Shown here: positions 24,550 through 36,244 of the stretch, one piece after another
How positions within the stretch are numbered: position 1 is the first letter of the stretch
Layout of the letters: each line of letters opens with the position of its first letter
Source: Nemertoderma westbladi
Taxonomy: Eukaryota > Animalia > Xenacoelomorpha
Assembly (NCBI GenBank): GCA_032718475.1
Contig: JAUCBJ010006367.1
Span: 1 to 43,798, forward strand
Reading direction: 5' to 3'
DNA length: 43,798 nt
Made by a program: the position numbers and the translations under genes
Notes under the pieces: generated by a model
What the model was told of the DNA's origin: nothing
Database searches by the model: none
The model's input: only the letters and a program-made list of their open reading frames with translations

Positions 24550-24718
24550 CTTGTTGATTCTATGGTTGTTTTACTTTGCAATCTGAAACCGGCTAAGATG
24601 AGGGGTGTTGTTAGTTCAGCTATGGTGATGTGTGCGTCAACACCAGATAAGGTAGAACTGTTACAACCACCAGATGGCGCTGCAGTTGGTGATCGGGTTA
24701 CGTTTCCTTCTCACCCAG
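24550..24718 (+). CDS. AIMP1: AIMP1 exon 4
   Basis: [56 protein letters not shown](G); TTTAG| acceptor, CCAG|GTTAGT donor; absent from the ORF track. Confidence 0.95.
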
Positions 24719-27700
24719 GTTAGTGGTTACGGTGTGGTTCCGAGATCGGGTTAGGTTTCCTTCTCACCCAGGTTAGTGGTTATGGTTACGGTGTGGTTCC
24801 GAGATCGGGTTAGGTTTCCTTCTCACCCAGGTTATGGTTACGGTGTGGTTCCGAGATCGGGTTAGGTTTCCTTCTCACCCAGGTTAGTGGTTATGGTTAC
24901 GGTGTGGTTCCGAGATCGGGTTAGGTTTCCTTCTCACCCAGGTTAGTGGTTACGGCGTGGTTCCGAGATCGGGTTAGGTTTCCTTCTCACCCAGGTTAGT
25001 GGTTATGGTTACGGTGTGGTTCCGAGATCGGGTTAGGTTTCCTTCTCACCCAGGTTATTGGTTACGGTTACGGTGTGGTTCCGAGATCGGGTTAGGTTTC
25101 CTTCTCACCCAGGTTAGTGGTTACGGTTACGGTGTGGTTCCGAGATCGGGTTAGGTTTCCTTCTCACCCAGGTTAGTGGTTACGGTTACGGTGTGGTTCC
25201 GAGATCGGGTTAGGTTTCCTTCTCACCCAGGTTAGTGGTTATGGTTACGGTGTGGTTCCGAGATCGGGTTAGGTTTCCTTCTCACCCAGGTTAGTGGTTA
25301 TGGTTACGGTGTGGTTCCGAGATCGGGTTAGGTTTCCTTCTCACCCAGGTTAGTGGTTACGGTTACGGTGTGGTTCCAAGATCGGGTTAGGTTTCCTTCT
25401 CACCCAGGTTAGTGGTTACGGTTACGGTGTGGTTCCGAGATCGGGTTAGGTTTCCTTCTCACCCAGGTTAGTGGTTACGGTGTGGTTCCGAGATCGGGTT
25501 AGGTTTCCTTCTCACCCAGGTTAGTGGTTACGGTTACGGTGTGGTTCCGAGATCGGGATAGGTTTCTTCTCACCCAGGTTAGTGGTTACGGTTACGGTGT
25601 GGTTCCGAGATCGGGTTAGGTTTCCTTCTCACCCAGGTTAGTGGTTACGGTTACGGTGTGGTTCCGAGATCGGGTTAGGTTTCCTTCTCACCCAGGTTAG
25701 TGGTTACGGTTACGGTGTGGTTCCGAGTTCGGGTTAGGTTTCCTTCTCACCCAGGTTATGGTTACGGTGTGGTTCCGAGATCGGGTTAGGTTTCCTTCTC
25801 ACCCAGGTTAGTGGTTTCGGTTACGGTGTGGTTCCGAGATCGGGTTAGGTTTCCTTCTCACCCAGGTTAGTGGTTACGGTGTGGTTCCGAGATCGGGTTA
25901 GGTTTCCTTCTCACCCAGGTTAGTGGTTACGGTTACGGTGTGGTTCCGAGATCGGGTTACGTTTCCTTCTCACCCAGGTTAGTGGTTACGGTTACGGTGT
26001 GGTTCCGAGATCGGGTTAGGTTTCCTTCTCACCCAGGTTATGGTTACGGTGTGGTTCCGAGATCGGGTTAGGTTTCCTTCTCACCCAGGTTAGTGGTTAC
26101 GGTTACGGTGTGGTTCCGAGATCGGGTTAGGTTTCCTTCTCACCCAGGTTAGTGGTTACGGTTACGGTGTGGTTCCGAGATCGGGTTAGGTTTCCTTCTC
26201 ACCCAGGTTAGTGGTTACGGTTACGGTGTGGTTCCGAGATCGGGTTAGGTTTCCTTCTCACCCAGGTTAGTGGTTACGGTGTGGTTCCGAGATCGGGTTA
26301 GGTTTCCTTCTCACCCAGGTTAGTGGTTACGGTGTGGTTCCGAGATCGGGTTAGGTTTCCTTCTCACCCAGGTTAGTGGTTACGGTTACGGTGTGGTTCC
26401 GAGATCGGGTTAGGTTTCCTTCTCACCCAGGTTAGTGGTTACGGTTACGGTGTGGTTCCGAGATCGGGTTAGGTTTCCTTCTCACCCAGGTTAGTGGTTA
26501 CGGTTACGGTGTGGTTCCGAGATCGGGTTAGGTTTCCTTCTCACCCAGGTTAGTGGTTACGGTTACGGTGTGGTTCCGAGTTCGGGTTAGGTTTCCTTCT
26601 CACCCAGGTTAGTGGTTACGGTTACGGTGTGGTTCCGAGATCGGGTTAGGTTTCCTTCTCACCCAGGTTAGTGGTTACGGTTACGGTGTGGTTCCGAGAT
26701 CGGGTTAGGTTTCCTTCTCACCCAGGTTAGTGGTTACGGTGTGGTTCCGAGATCGGGTTAGGTTTCCTTCTCACCCAGGTTAGTGGTTACGGTTACGGTG
26801 TGGTTCCGAGATCGGGATAGGTTTCTTCTCACCCAGGTTAGTGGTTACGGTTACGGTGTGGTTCCGAGATCGGGTTAGGTTTCCTTCTCACCCAGGTTAG
26901 TGGTTACGGTTACGGTGTGGTTCCGAGATCGGGTTAGGTTTCCTTCTCACCCAGGTTAGTGGTTACGGTTACGGTGTGGTTCCGAGATCGGGTTAGGTTT
27001 CCTTCTCACCCAGGTTAGTGGTTACGGTGTGGTTCCGAGATCGGGTTAGGTTTCCTTCTCACCCAGGTTAGTGGTTACGGTTACGGTGTGGTTCCGAGAT
27101 CGGGATAGGTTTCTTCTCACCCAGGTTAGTGGTTACGGTTACGGTGTGGTTCCGAGATCGGGTTAGGTTTCCTTCTCACCCAGGTTAGTGGTTACGGTTA
27201 CGGTGTGGTTCCGAGATCGGGTTAGGTTTCCTTCTCACCCAGGTTAGTGGTTACGGTGTGGTTCCGAGATCGGGTTAGGTTTCCTTCTCACCCAGGTTAG
27301 TGGTTACGGTTACGGTGTGGTTCCGAGATCGGGTTAGGTTTCCTTCTCATCCAGGTTATTGGTTACGGTTACGGTGTGGTTCCGAGATCGGGTTAGGTTT
27401 CCTTCTCACCCAGGTTAGTGGTTACGGTTACGGTGTGGTTCCGAGATTGGGTTAGGTTTCCTTCTCACCCAGGTTAGTGGTTACGGTTACGGTGTGGTTC
27501 CGAGATCGGGTTAGGTTTCCTTCTCACCCAGGTTATTGGTTACGGTTACGGTGTGGTTCCGAGATCGGGTTAGGTTTCCTTCTCACCCAGGTTAGTGGTT
27601 ACAGTTACGGTGTGGTTCCGAGATCGGGTTAGGTTTCCTTCTCACCCAGGTTAGTGGTTACGGTTACGGTGTGGTTCCGAGATCGGGTTAGGTTTCCTTC

Positions 27701-29737
27701 TCACCCAGGTTAGTGGTTACGGTTACGGTGTGGTTCCGAGATCGGGTTAGGTTTCCTTCTCACCCAGGTTAGTGGTTACGGTTACGGTGTGGTTCCGAGA
27801 TCGGGTTAGGTTTCCTTCTCACCCAGGTTAGTGGTTACGGTGTGGTTCCGAGATCGGGTTAGGTTTCCTTCTCACCCAGGTTAGTGGTTACGGTTACGGT
27901 GTGGTTCCGAGATCGGGTTACGTTTCCTTCTCACCCAGGTTAGTGGTTACGGTTACGGTGTGGTTCCGAGATCGGGTTAGGTTTCCTTCTCACCCAGGTT
28001 ATGGTTACGGTGTGGTTCCGAGATCGGGTTAGGTTTCCTTCTCACCCAGGTTAGTGGTTACGGTTACGGTGTGGTTCCAAGATCGGGTTAGGTTTCCTTC
28101 TCACCCAGGTTAGTGGTTACGGTTACGGTGTGGTTCCGAGATCGGGTTAGGTTTCCTTCTCACCCAGGTTATTGGTTACGGTTACGGTGTGGTTCCGAGA
28201 TCGGGTTAGGTTTCCTTCTCACCCAGGTTAGTGGTTACGGTTACGGTGTGGTTCCGAGATCGGGTTAGGTTTCCTTCTCACCCAGGTTAGTGGTTACGGT
28301 TACGGTGTGGTTCCGAGATCGGGTTACGTTTCCTTCTCACCCAGGTTAGTGGTTACGGTTACGGTGTGGTTCCGAGATCGGGTTAGGTTTCCTTCTCACC
28401 CAGGTTAGTGGTTACGGTTACGGTGTGGTTCCGAGATCGGGTTACGTTTCCTTCTCACCCAGGTTAGTGGTTACGGTTACGGTGTGGTTCCGAGATCGGG
28501 TTAGGTTTCCTTCTCACCCAGGTTAGTGGTTACGGTTACGGTGTGGTTCCGAGATCGGGTTAGGTTTCCTTCTCACCCAGGTTATTGGTTACGGTGTGGT
28601 TCCGAGATTGGGTTAGGTTTCCTTCTCACCCAGGTTAGTGGTTACGGTTACGGTGTGGTTCCGAGATCGGGTTAGGTTTCCTTCTCACCCAGGTTAGTGG
28701 TTACGGTTACGGTGTGGTTCCGAGATCGGGTTAGGTTTCCTTCTCACCCAGGTTATTGGTTACGGTGTGGTTCCGAGATTGGGTTAGGTTTCCTTCTCAC
28801 CCAGGTTAGTGGTTACGGTTACGGTGTGGTTCCGAGATCGGGTTAGGTTTCCTTCTCACCCAGGTTAGTGGTTACGGTTACGGTGTGGTTCCGAGATCGG
28901 GTTAGGTTTCCTTCTCACCCAGGTTATTGGTTACGGTGTGGTTCCGAGATTGGGTAAGGTTTCCTTCTCACCCAGGTTATTGGTTATGGTGTGGTTCCGA
29001 GTTCGGGTTAGGTTTCCTTCTCACCCAGGTTAGTGGTTACGGTGTGGTTCCGAGATCGGGTTAGGTTTCCTTCTCACCCAGGTTAGTGGTTACGGTTACG
29101 GTGTGGTTCCGAGATCGGGTTAGGTTTCCTTCTCACCCAGGTTATTGGTTACGGTGTGGTTCCGAGATTGGGTTAGGTTTCCTTCTCACCCAGGTTATTG
29201 GTTACGGTGTGGTTCCGAGTTCGGGTTAGGTTTCCTTCTCACCCAGGTTAGTGGTTACGGTGTGGTTCCGAGATCGGGTTAGGTTTCCTTCTCACCCAGG
29301 TTAGTGGTTACGGTTACGGTGTGGTTCCGAGATCGGGTTAGGTTTCCTTCTCACCCAGGTTAGTGGTTATGGTTACGGTGTGGTTCCGAGATCGGGTTAG
29401 GTTTCCTTCTCACCCAGGTTAGTGGTTACGGTTACGGCTTGATTCCGAGATCGGGTTAGGTTTCCTTCTCACCCAGGTTAGTGGTTACGGTTACGGTGTG
29501 GTTCCGAGATCGGGTTAGGTTTCCTTCTCACCCAGGTTAGTGGTTACGGTGTGGTTCCGAGATCGGGTTAGGTTTCCTTCTCACCCAGGTTAGTGGTTAC
29601 GGTTACGGTGTGGTTCCGAGATCGGGTTAGGTTTCCTTCTCACCCCGGTTAGTGGTTACGGTTACGGTGTGGTTCCGAGATCGGGTTAGGTTTCCTTCTC
29701 ACCCCGGTTAGTGGTTATGGTTACTGTGTGGTTCCGA
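24691..29737. repeat. 52-59 bp minisatellite, roughly 85-90 copies, made of the AIMP1 exon-4 end plus donor
   Basis: Main 59-bp unit GATCGGGTTAGGTTTCCTTCTCACCCAGGTTAGTGGTTACGGTTACGGTGTGGTTCCGA; the first unit starts inside exon 4. Confidence 0.97.
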
Positions 29738-30317
29738 TAGGTGGATGCCGCACCGAACCACATATTCTTAGAAACTCAATATTCGCCAATATGTGACTTG
29801 ACACGGATTCGATGCCCGTCGTTTCCGAATTATAAATTTTTGCACTTCAGTTGTTGTATCTATTACAGCAAACCCATAAGAATTGAAATCAATGGTTTAA
29901 CTGACATCCGCTAGAGGGATAAATTTATACTAAACATTAAGATTTTCCATTTCTTTTTTAATACGTTCTATACTAGCCAAATAGATGTATCTTTGTGATG
30001 ACGCTGGTTCATATATCTACAGTCATGTCTGTCACGGGACACAGTTTTGTCAGCAGTTCTTTATTATGCCGCTAGATGTCAAAATGGCTGAAAATGAAAA
30101 CCTTCAGCCATTTCGTTGTTTATAATCATTTCGAGCTGTTACCTTGTAGAAATTTTGGCTGGGTGGTTGGTTGTGCTTGTCCGTATACGGTTACCGTTTA
30201 GCAAGAGGGCGAAATTTTTTAATTTTTATAAGATGTACTTTAAAATCACAGATACTTAACTTAGGGCCTACATCTGGTAACGTCTGATAGTATTAATTTC
30301 TACAAACTTTCCTTTAG

Positions 30318-30484
30318 GTCACCCAGATGAGCAACTTAACCCAAAGAAGAAAATATGGGAAGGAATTCAATGCGACCTTAAGGTGTCTGGAGATGGTATA
30401 GCGACTTATAAAGGAGACCCATTTACTGTCAGTGGTAAAGGGGTCTGTACGGCCTCTACTCTCAGACTGTGTGGAATTAGATAG
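30318..30484 (+). CDS. AIMP1: AIMP1 exon 5 (last); spliced product 311 aa
   Basis: GHPDEQLNPKKKIWEGIQCDLKVSGDGIATYKGDPFTVSGKGVCTASTLRLCGIR*; TTTCCTTTAG| phase-1 acceptor. Confidence 0.95.
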
Positions 30485-30810
30485 CAGGACTTTGATTCTT
30501 TGTGCTGTAATTGGTTACGGTTTGATTCACAAGTGAATATTGTATCGGTGAATCATACTTTGTTCTTGACACATAAACATGAAATGTTTCAGAAAATACT
30601 TTTTTTTCACTTGAAATGAATTAAATACATTTGGTAACCAGTTGAAATCGCGAGATGATAACGATGACAAACTACTGTGTAAATATAGATAGATAGGCCT
30701 CATGTTGCACTTAATTGTGCCCTGAATTACGCCGATATATTTATAAGTTTAAGCTTTAGTATGGAATGCGCTGGACACTGTTAGATATTATTCAGCTATT
30801 TATTCTTCCG

Positions 30811-30900
30811 CTAATAGAGATTAGTTTTCTTCATTATTCTAAGAAATTCTGCCTCGTTAATCTCACCATCACCATCACGGTCTGCTTCATCGATCATCTC
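30811..30900 (-). CDS. CETN2: Centrin (CETN1/2 type), last exon
   Basis: EMIDEADRDGDGEINEAEFLRIMKKTNLY*; TTTAG| acceptor. Confidence 0.93.
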   Translation of the reverse strand, partial: EMIDEADRDGDGEINEAEFLRIMKKTNLY

Positions 30901-31191
30901 CTAAACGTTCATAAAAAAATTAAGCACATTATTTTAAGGGGGGAGGGGGGGGGGGGGGGTTTCGCTATTTTATGAACACAGTCAATGAAAACCTATGGTA
31001 ACAGGGCAAGGCTTTGTCCAAATTGACTAATTTTTGGTATATGGATCAATCGATTACTGTGGGTGGTTTAAAAAAAGTTCATATAGTTATAATAATTTAG
31101 TGCTATTTAGTAGCCTAAAATTATTACTATTAGTTATAACATTATTACGTTATGACGTTAGTCATAACGTAAATTAAACAGTCATACAATT

Positions 31192-34100
31192 GGCTCATTC
31201 CAAAGTAAAATACGGGATTTTCGTACACAATTTTGAACTGTGATTGCCTATGTACAATGTTATCCACAGCACATATGTGAACAAAATTGTGCCTGGATTG
31301 AATTTTCGAATATCAGCTTTGATTTCGCTAAGATTATGGTGGGAGTCACTTTTGAGAAAACACCAGCTTGTCCAATTAAGGTAAAGTACGAATTCGTACG
31401 AAATGGTTTTTTTTATTTTATGATTTCAATTCTAAAATTTAGCGAATTATGCGCAGGTACGGTGATGAGTTGATGTTTGGGATAAAGCTGTATTATTAAG
31501 CTTAAAAAAATATATAAATATCAGACGAATTGCTGCATTGCTAATTTTTTACAGTGTGGTGTGTGTGGTTAAAGTATGGGACATTGCTAGGTAAAGTACG
31601 GGACCTTAACGAATTGTATGGTCAAAATGGTCTCTTACACTGTTGGGGGTGCCCCCGGGGCAAATACCACGTCCTGGTTTGCATTCTACAGGGTGGATGT
31701 GGATGTCACAGTAGAGTTAGATTTGGATACCATCACCCATCTAGTCCTATTATACTCCGATGCACATGACCCACCATGGGCTATGCAGCTCTTCTATTCG
31801 GCCATGCACTGCATCCTTAACTGCAGGTTCATATCGAAGTGGCGTGAACTCTGAAGATAAATGTGAGCCCTTTACTCCTTCTCATCTAGGGCCTACCTGG
31901 TCGGGCACGCAATATACCCATGCTTCCGAGTATATGGGTCCTTAACCCGGCCATAACGGATAAGGTGTCCCACTTATAAGCCAAGATGATGATGCCCTCT
32001 GTAAGAAGAGGGTCTACACAGCTGCAGGCTCATTCCAAAGTAAAGTACGGGACATTCGTACACAATTTTGAAATTTGATTGCCTGTACAATGTTATCCAC
32101 AGCACATATGTGCACAAAATTGTGCTTGGATTAAACTTTCGAATATCAGCTTTGATTTCGCGAAGCTTATGGCGGGACTTAGTCACTTGAGAAAACGCCA
32201 GCTTGTCCAATTAAGGTAAAGTACGGATTCGTACGAAATGGTTTTTTTTATTTTATGATTTCAATTCTAAAATTTAGCGAATTGTGCGCAGGTACGGTGT
32301 TGAGTTGATGTTTAGGATAAAGCTGTATTATTAAGCTTAAATAAAAATATAAATATAAGACGAATTGCTGCATTACTAATTTTTTACAGTGTGGTTTCTG
32401 TGGTAAAGTATGGGACATTGCTAAGGGACATCGTTGCTATCGTACGGGACCTGTACGAATTTTATGGTCAAAATTGTCTCTTACACTTAACCTAACAGTA
32501 ATTTCTGGATAATTAGTGATAATGAAGTGCAACTACGTATTTCCAACCAAGATATGGATGCAAAATGTGGGGCGACCCACAAATTGACCAGAAGTCTTAG
32601 CATATGGGTCCCCTTGAGGAGTTCTATGTTATCTGTCATCTGTCTAATTTTTGATCGCTAATTCTGTATAACTCGGTCATTTATATATGAAATTAAACCA
32701 AACCTGGTACGTATGAAGTCTGTCAAAAGTTTGGAAAGAATCTGAGGTTTAAGGAATCAAAGGTCACATATCAGACAGTCTGTCTGTTGGTACTGATAGT
32801 TTGAAAAAAAATTTTGATAAAAACCGAAATAAGTCCACCAATCTTTGATGAAATATAACCAAACTTGGTACATGTATTCTGTGAAAAGTTTAGAAATTCT
32901 TTCCATTTTTCTGAAAATGTATCAATTACTGTACTAACCGATCTTCTTATCTGCTAAAAAACTAAATTTTTTGAAATTTGTTGTAAAGTACGGGACTTTA
33001 CATGCATAAACTCAAAGATTAGTTAAGGGGGGGGGGGTACACCATTTTGGTCCAAAATATGTCGAAATTTTTTTTATGGTCTATTATAATGCACCATTGA
33101 ATGGTGTTTCCAAATCTGAAAACCGCTATTTAATAGCCCTTTTAGTTTTCAAGTTATGTAAATTTCCATTTAGGGAATCCTATTGAAATTACTATTACTA
33201 CAGTATGTATAATGAAAGGTTGATTATCTCCAAATATTTTTTTTATGAAATTGTCAACTTCAAAACCCTACTACTTCTACAATTTTTGAGTAATTAGTCT
33301 GAAACTTCCTGTGGGTGTCTAGATAGCCACCCTGCATAAAAGTATCAGGCAACTTTTCGGAATTTTTTGTTAATAAAATTTAATACTATTTATAAAATAC
33401 CTAAAAATTAGCATAAATTTGCAGCGCCACCTAGCGGTGCAGAATTATTTTAACAAAATTTCGCCTGATAGTTATGTTGCGCCATCTTTGATCTATCATA
33501 TAAAAAAACTTTCATGTGATTAGAATCAAAACTGTAAAAGCCTTAGGGTTTTAAGCGCAACCAAGTTTTTTTTGTTGTTAACTAGTATTAACTAATATTA
33601 AATAGCGGAAAATTTTTTTTTCTGACCTGTCATGTAGAATAGCATCTTAGGCACCTAAATGCCAAATTTTAGCCAAAACCAAACAATTTTGAAACGCTGA
33701 GAGTGATAAATCGAAGAGTTGTCCGAAAATGGTGTACCCCCCCCCCCCCCCCCCCCCCCCCCCCCTTAACTGAGGAATGATTCTTAGTTCAAATGCATAC
33801 TTCTATGCTTCCCCCTACTATCACCCTAAAGCATTATAACACTCCTGCCCTCCAGGTTTCATATATTACATTAATACAGTGCACTAATGTAATCGCCATT
33901 ATAATGGTAAAGTATGGGACAATTTTCAATTGGTCGTCATAATGTTTCTGAGGGAGTAGATTATGAAACTACAGGTAATTGTTTCTTAAGATGACGCAAC
34001 ACAAACGTGCTTTGCATTCCACTGGGTGATTGGGCTTAGTTAGACTACTTCTCTGTGTATAAATTAAAAATTTCACTATTTTTTGGTAAAGTATGGGACT

Positions 34101-35155
34101 TTACATGCATAAACCCAAAGATTTCTTGACCGAGGAATGATTCTCAGTTCAAATATAGACTCATATTCTTACGGCCTACTATGACCTTAGAGTATTATAA
34201 CACTCCTGGCTTCACATATTACATTAATACAGTGCACTAATATAATCGCCATTTTAATGGTAAAGTATCGGACAATTTTCAATTGGTCGTCATAATGTTT
34301 CTGAGGGAGTAGATTATGAAACTACAGGTAATTGTTTCTTAAGATGACGCAACACAAACGTGCTTTGCATTCCACTGGGTGATTGGGCTTAGTTAGACTA
34401 CTTCTCTGTGTATAAATTAAAAATTTCACTATTTTTTGGTAAAGTATGGGACTTTACATGCATAAACCCAAAGATTTCTTGACCGAGGAATGATTCTCAG
34501 TTCAAATATAGACTCATATTCTTACGGCCTACTATGACCTTAGAGTATTATAACACTCCTGGCTTCACATATTACATTAATACAGTGCACTAATATAATC
34601 GCCATTTTAATGGTAAAGTATGGGACAATTTTCAATTGGCCGCCATGATATTTCTGAGGGAGTGAAGATGAAACTATTTGTTTTATACGATGACGCAACA
34701 GAAACGTGCTTTGCATTCCACTGGGTGATTAGGCTGAGTTACATCTCTGTGAATAAACTAAAAATTTCACTATTTCAGGTAAAGTATGGGACATCACAAG
34801 ATTAACTTTATCGATTTCATTACAGAGGAATGAAACACTGGTGAAATTAAATGAAACCAAAAAAATTCGAAAATGGGTTTGCTTGTGATTTGGTACATGC
34901 TCAGAAATGTTAATTTATTGGTCATAGGAAGTGCCTACAGGAAACGAAACTTTTGCACACTTTTATTCACATTTTGAGCAGAGCAGGTGCATAATTTGTA
35001 ATTCGACTATTTTTGATAAACCACCTGTGTTGATACAATTTTTAGCACTGAATTCATGAAGTACGATAAATTTTGAACTAAAATAAGTATAAATTCAAAG
35101 CTACATCTCATTTTTAGAAATTAGTGGGGAGGTTGACCTTTTCATGGAATGAGCC
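31192..35155. mobile_element. Composite non-autonomous DNA transposon (possibly PIF/Harbinger-like) with duplicated left end and 353-bp internal repeats
   Basis: TIR GGCTCATTCCA / TGGAATGAGCC; ~31192-31642 repeated at ~32028-32486; recurring GTAAAGTAYGGGAC motif; 353-bp period (34088 vs 34441). TSD unclear (ATT/AAT). Confidence 0.7.
33027..33765. mobile_element. Kolobok-like MITE inserted in the composite element
   Basis: Poly-G-TACACCATTTT / AAAATGGTGTA-poly-C TIRs; TTAA TSD (33023-33026, 33766-33769); interrupts a unit that is uninterrupted at ~34090-34150. Confidence 0.85.
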
Positions 35156-35795
35156 AATAAAAGTATTGGTCTATTTTTTTGATACTGATTATTTCCAATT
35201 TTATTATCAAATTAATTAATTATTTTCATATTTTTTTTAAAAATTAGCATTTTTCACATTTCGAAGCCAATAAAATTAGTTAGGATCAAAATTTGAAACT
35301 GACCAATACTTTTGAAAACACCAATCTTGTGATTACTACAGTATGTCCAAATTTCATGAAAAAATATTACAAATTGGCAGAAGAGTAGAATTATGTTTTT
35401 TTGGCATGAAAAAATTACATTCTGAGATAATTGACTTTAAAATTTGTTCCTTCCCGCGCAAAAATTGTCTGTTAATATGTGAGAATGTCTGCCAATATTA
35501 TCTAGCTGACTATCCGACTATCTCTGTTTGTCAAATATTAACCATCTTGCTAAAAGTTTACCTATAGGGGTTTTCCTGGTCGGCGAATTCATTTAGAGTG
35601 TCAATTTTAACATTTGATGACTTCCAAAATGTCTGTTTGGTGGTCAGGCTGTCGGTTATATTTTGACGGACAGACTGACGGACAAAGATTAAATCGTAAA
35701 AAAATTTACAAAAAATTATTGAAACGGCGATTTATGGCATAGAGTATTAAAGCTCACTACATATTTGTATTTTTGTCTCCATAAATTATTATTAC

Positions 35796-35933
35796 CTGAA
35801 GTTCTTCGTCTGTCATTGTTTCTCCCAGTTCGTTCGCTACACGTTTCAAATTACTGAATGATATCTTCCCGGTTTTATCGTCGTCGAAAAGACGAAATGC
35901 TTTGAGGATTTCTTCTCCTGTGTCTTTCTCCGT
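35796..35933 (-). CDS. CETN2: Centrin, penultimate exon
   Basis: [46 protein letters not shown]; TTTGCAG| and |GTAATA, phase 0. Confidence 0.95.
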
Positions 35934-36244
35934 CTGCAAAATATTTATATTATTCTTAATATTGCCAAAAAAACGAAGAATAAATTTGTATTGAAACTAT
36001 ACAAATTCGGCGGACGAGTGTTGTGAATTTCGTTTGTTGCGAATTTTAATGGTTTGGAGAGATTTGGCGGGGAATTCGAATCACAATTTCATTCCCATAT
36101 GTTTTTATTGAGTCTTACTTCCTTACTTGGCATTAATGCAGTAATGTCCTGTCTGTCTGTATCAAACCTGTAAGTTTAGTAGGCCTACAAGTACCTTATA
36201 AGCCAAGCAGTATAATTATATTATATTCCACATCATTAACAAGG

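Noticed and set aside
20395-29737. CRISPR-like appearance of the 31-bp and 59-bp arrays
   Set aside because: No unique spacers, no cas genes, spliced eukaryotic context
24691-29737. Interstitial telomere, or a tandem cluster of alternative coding exons
   Set aside because: No pure telomeric runs; units derive from exon 4 and any included unit starts with an in-frame TAG
30766-30975. 69-aa + strand ORF
   Set aside because: Antisense shadow of the last centrin exon
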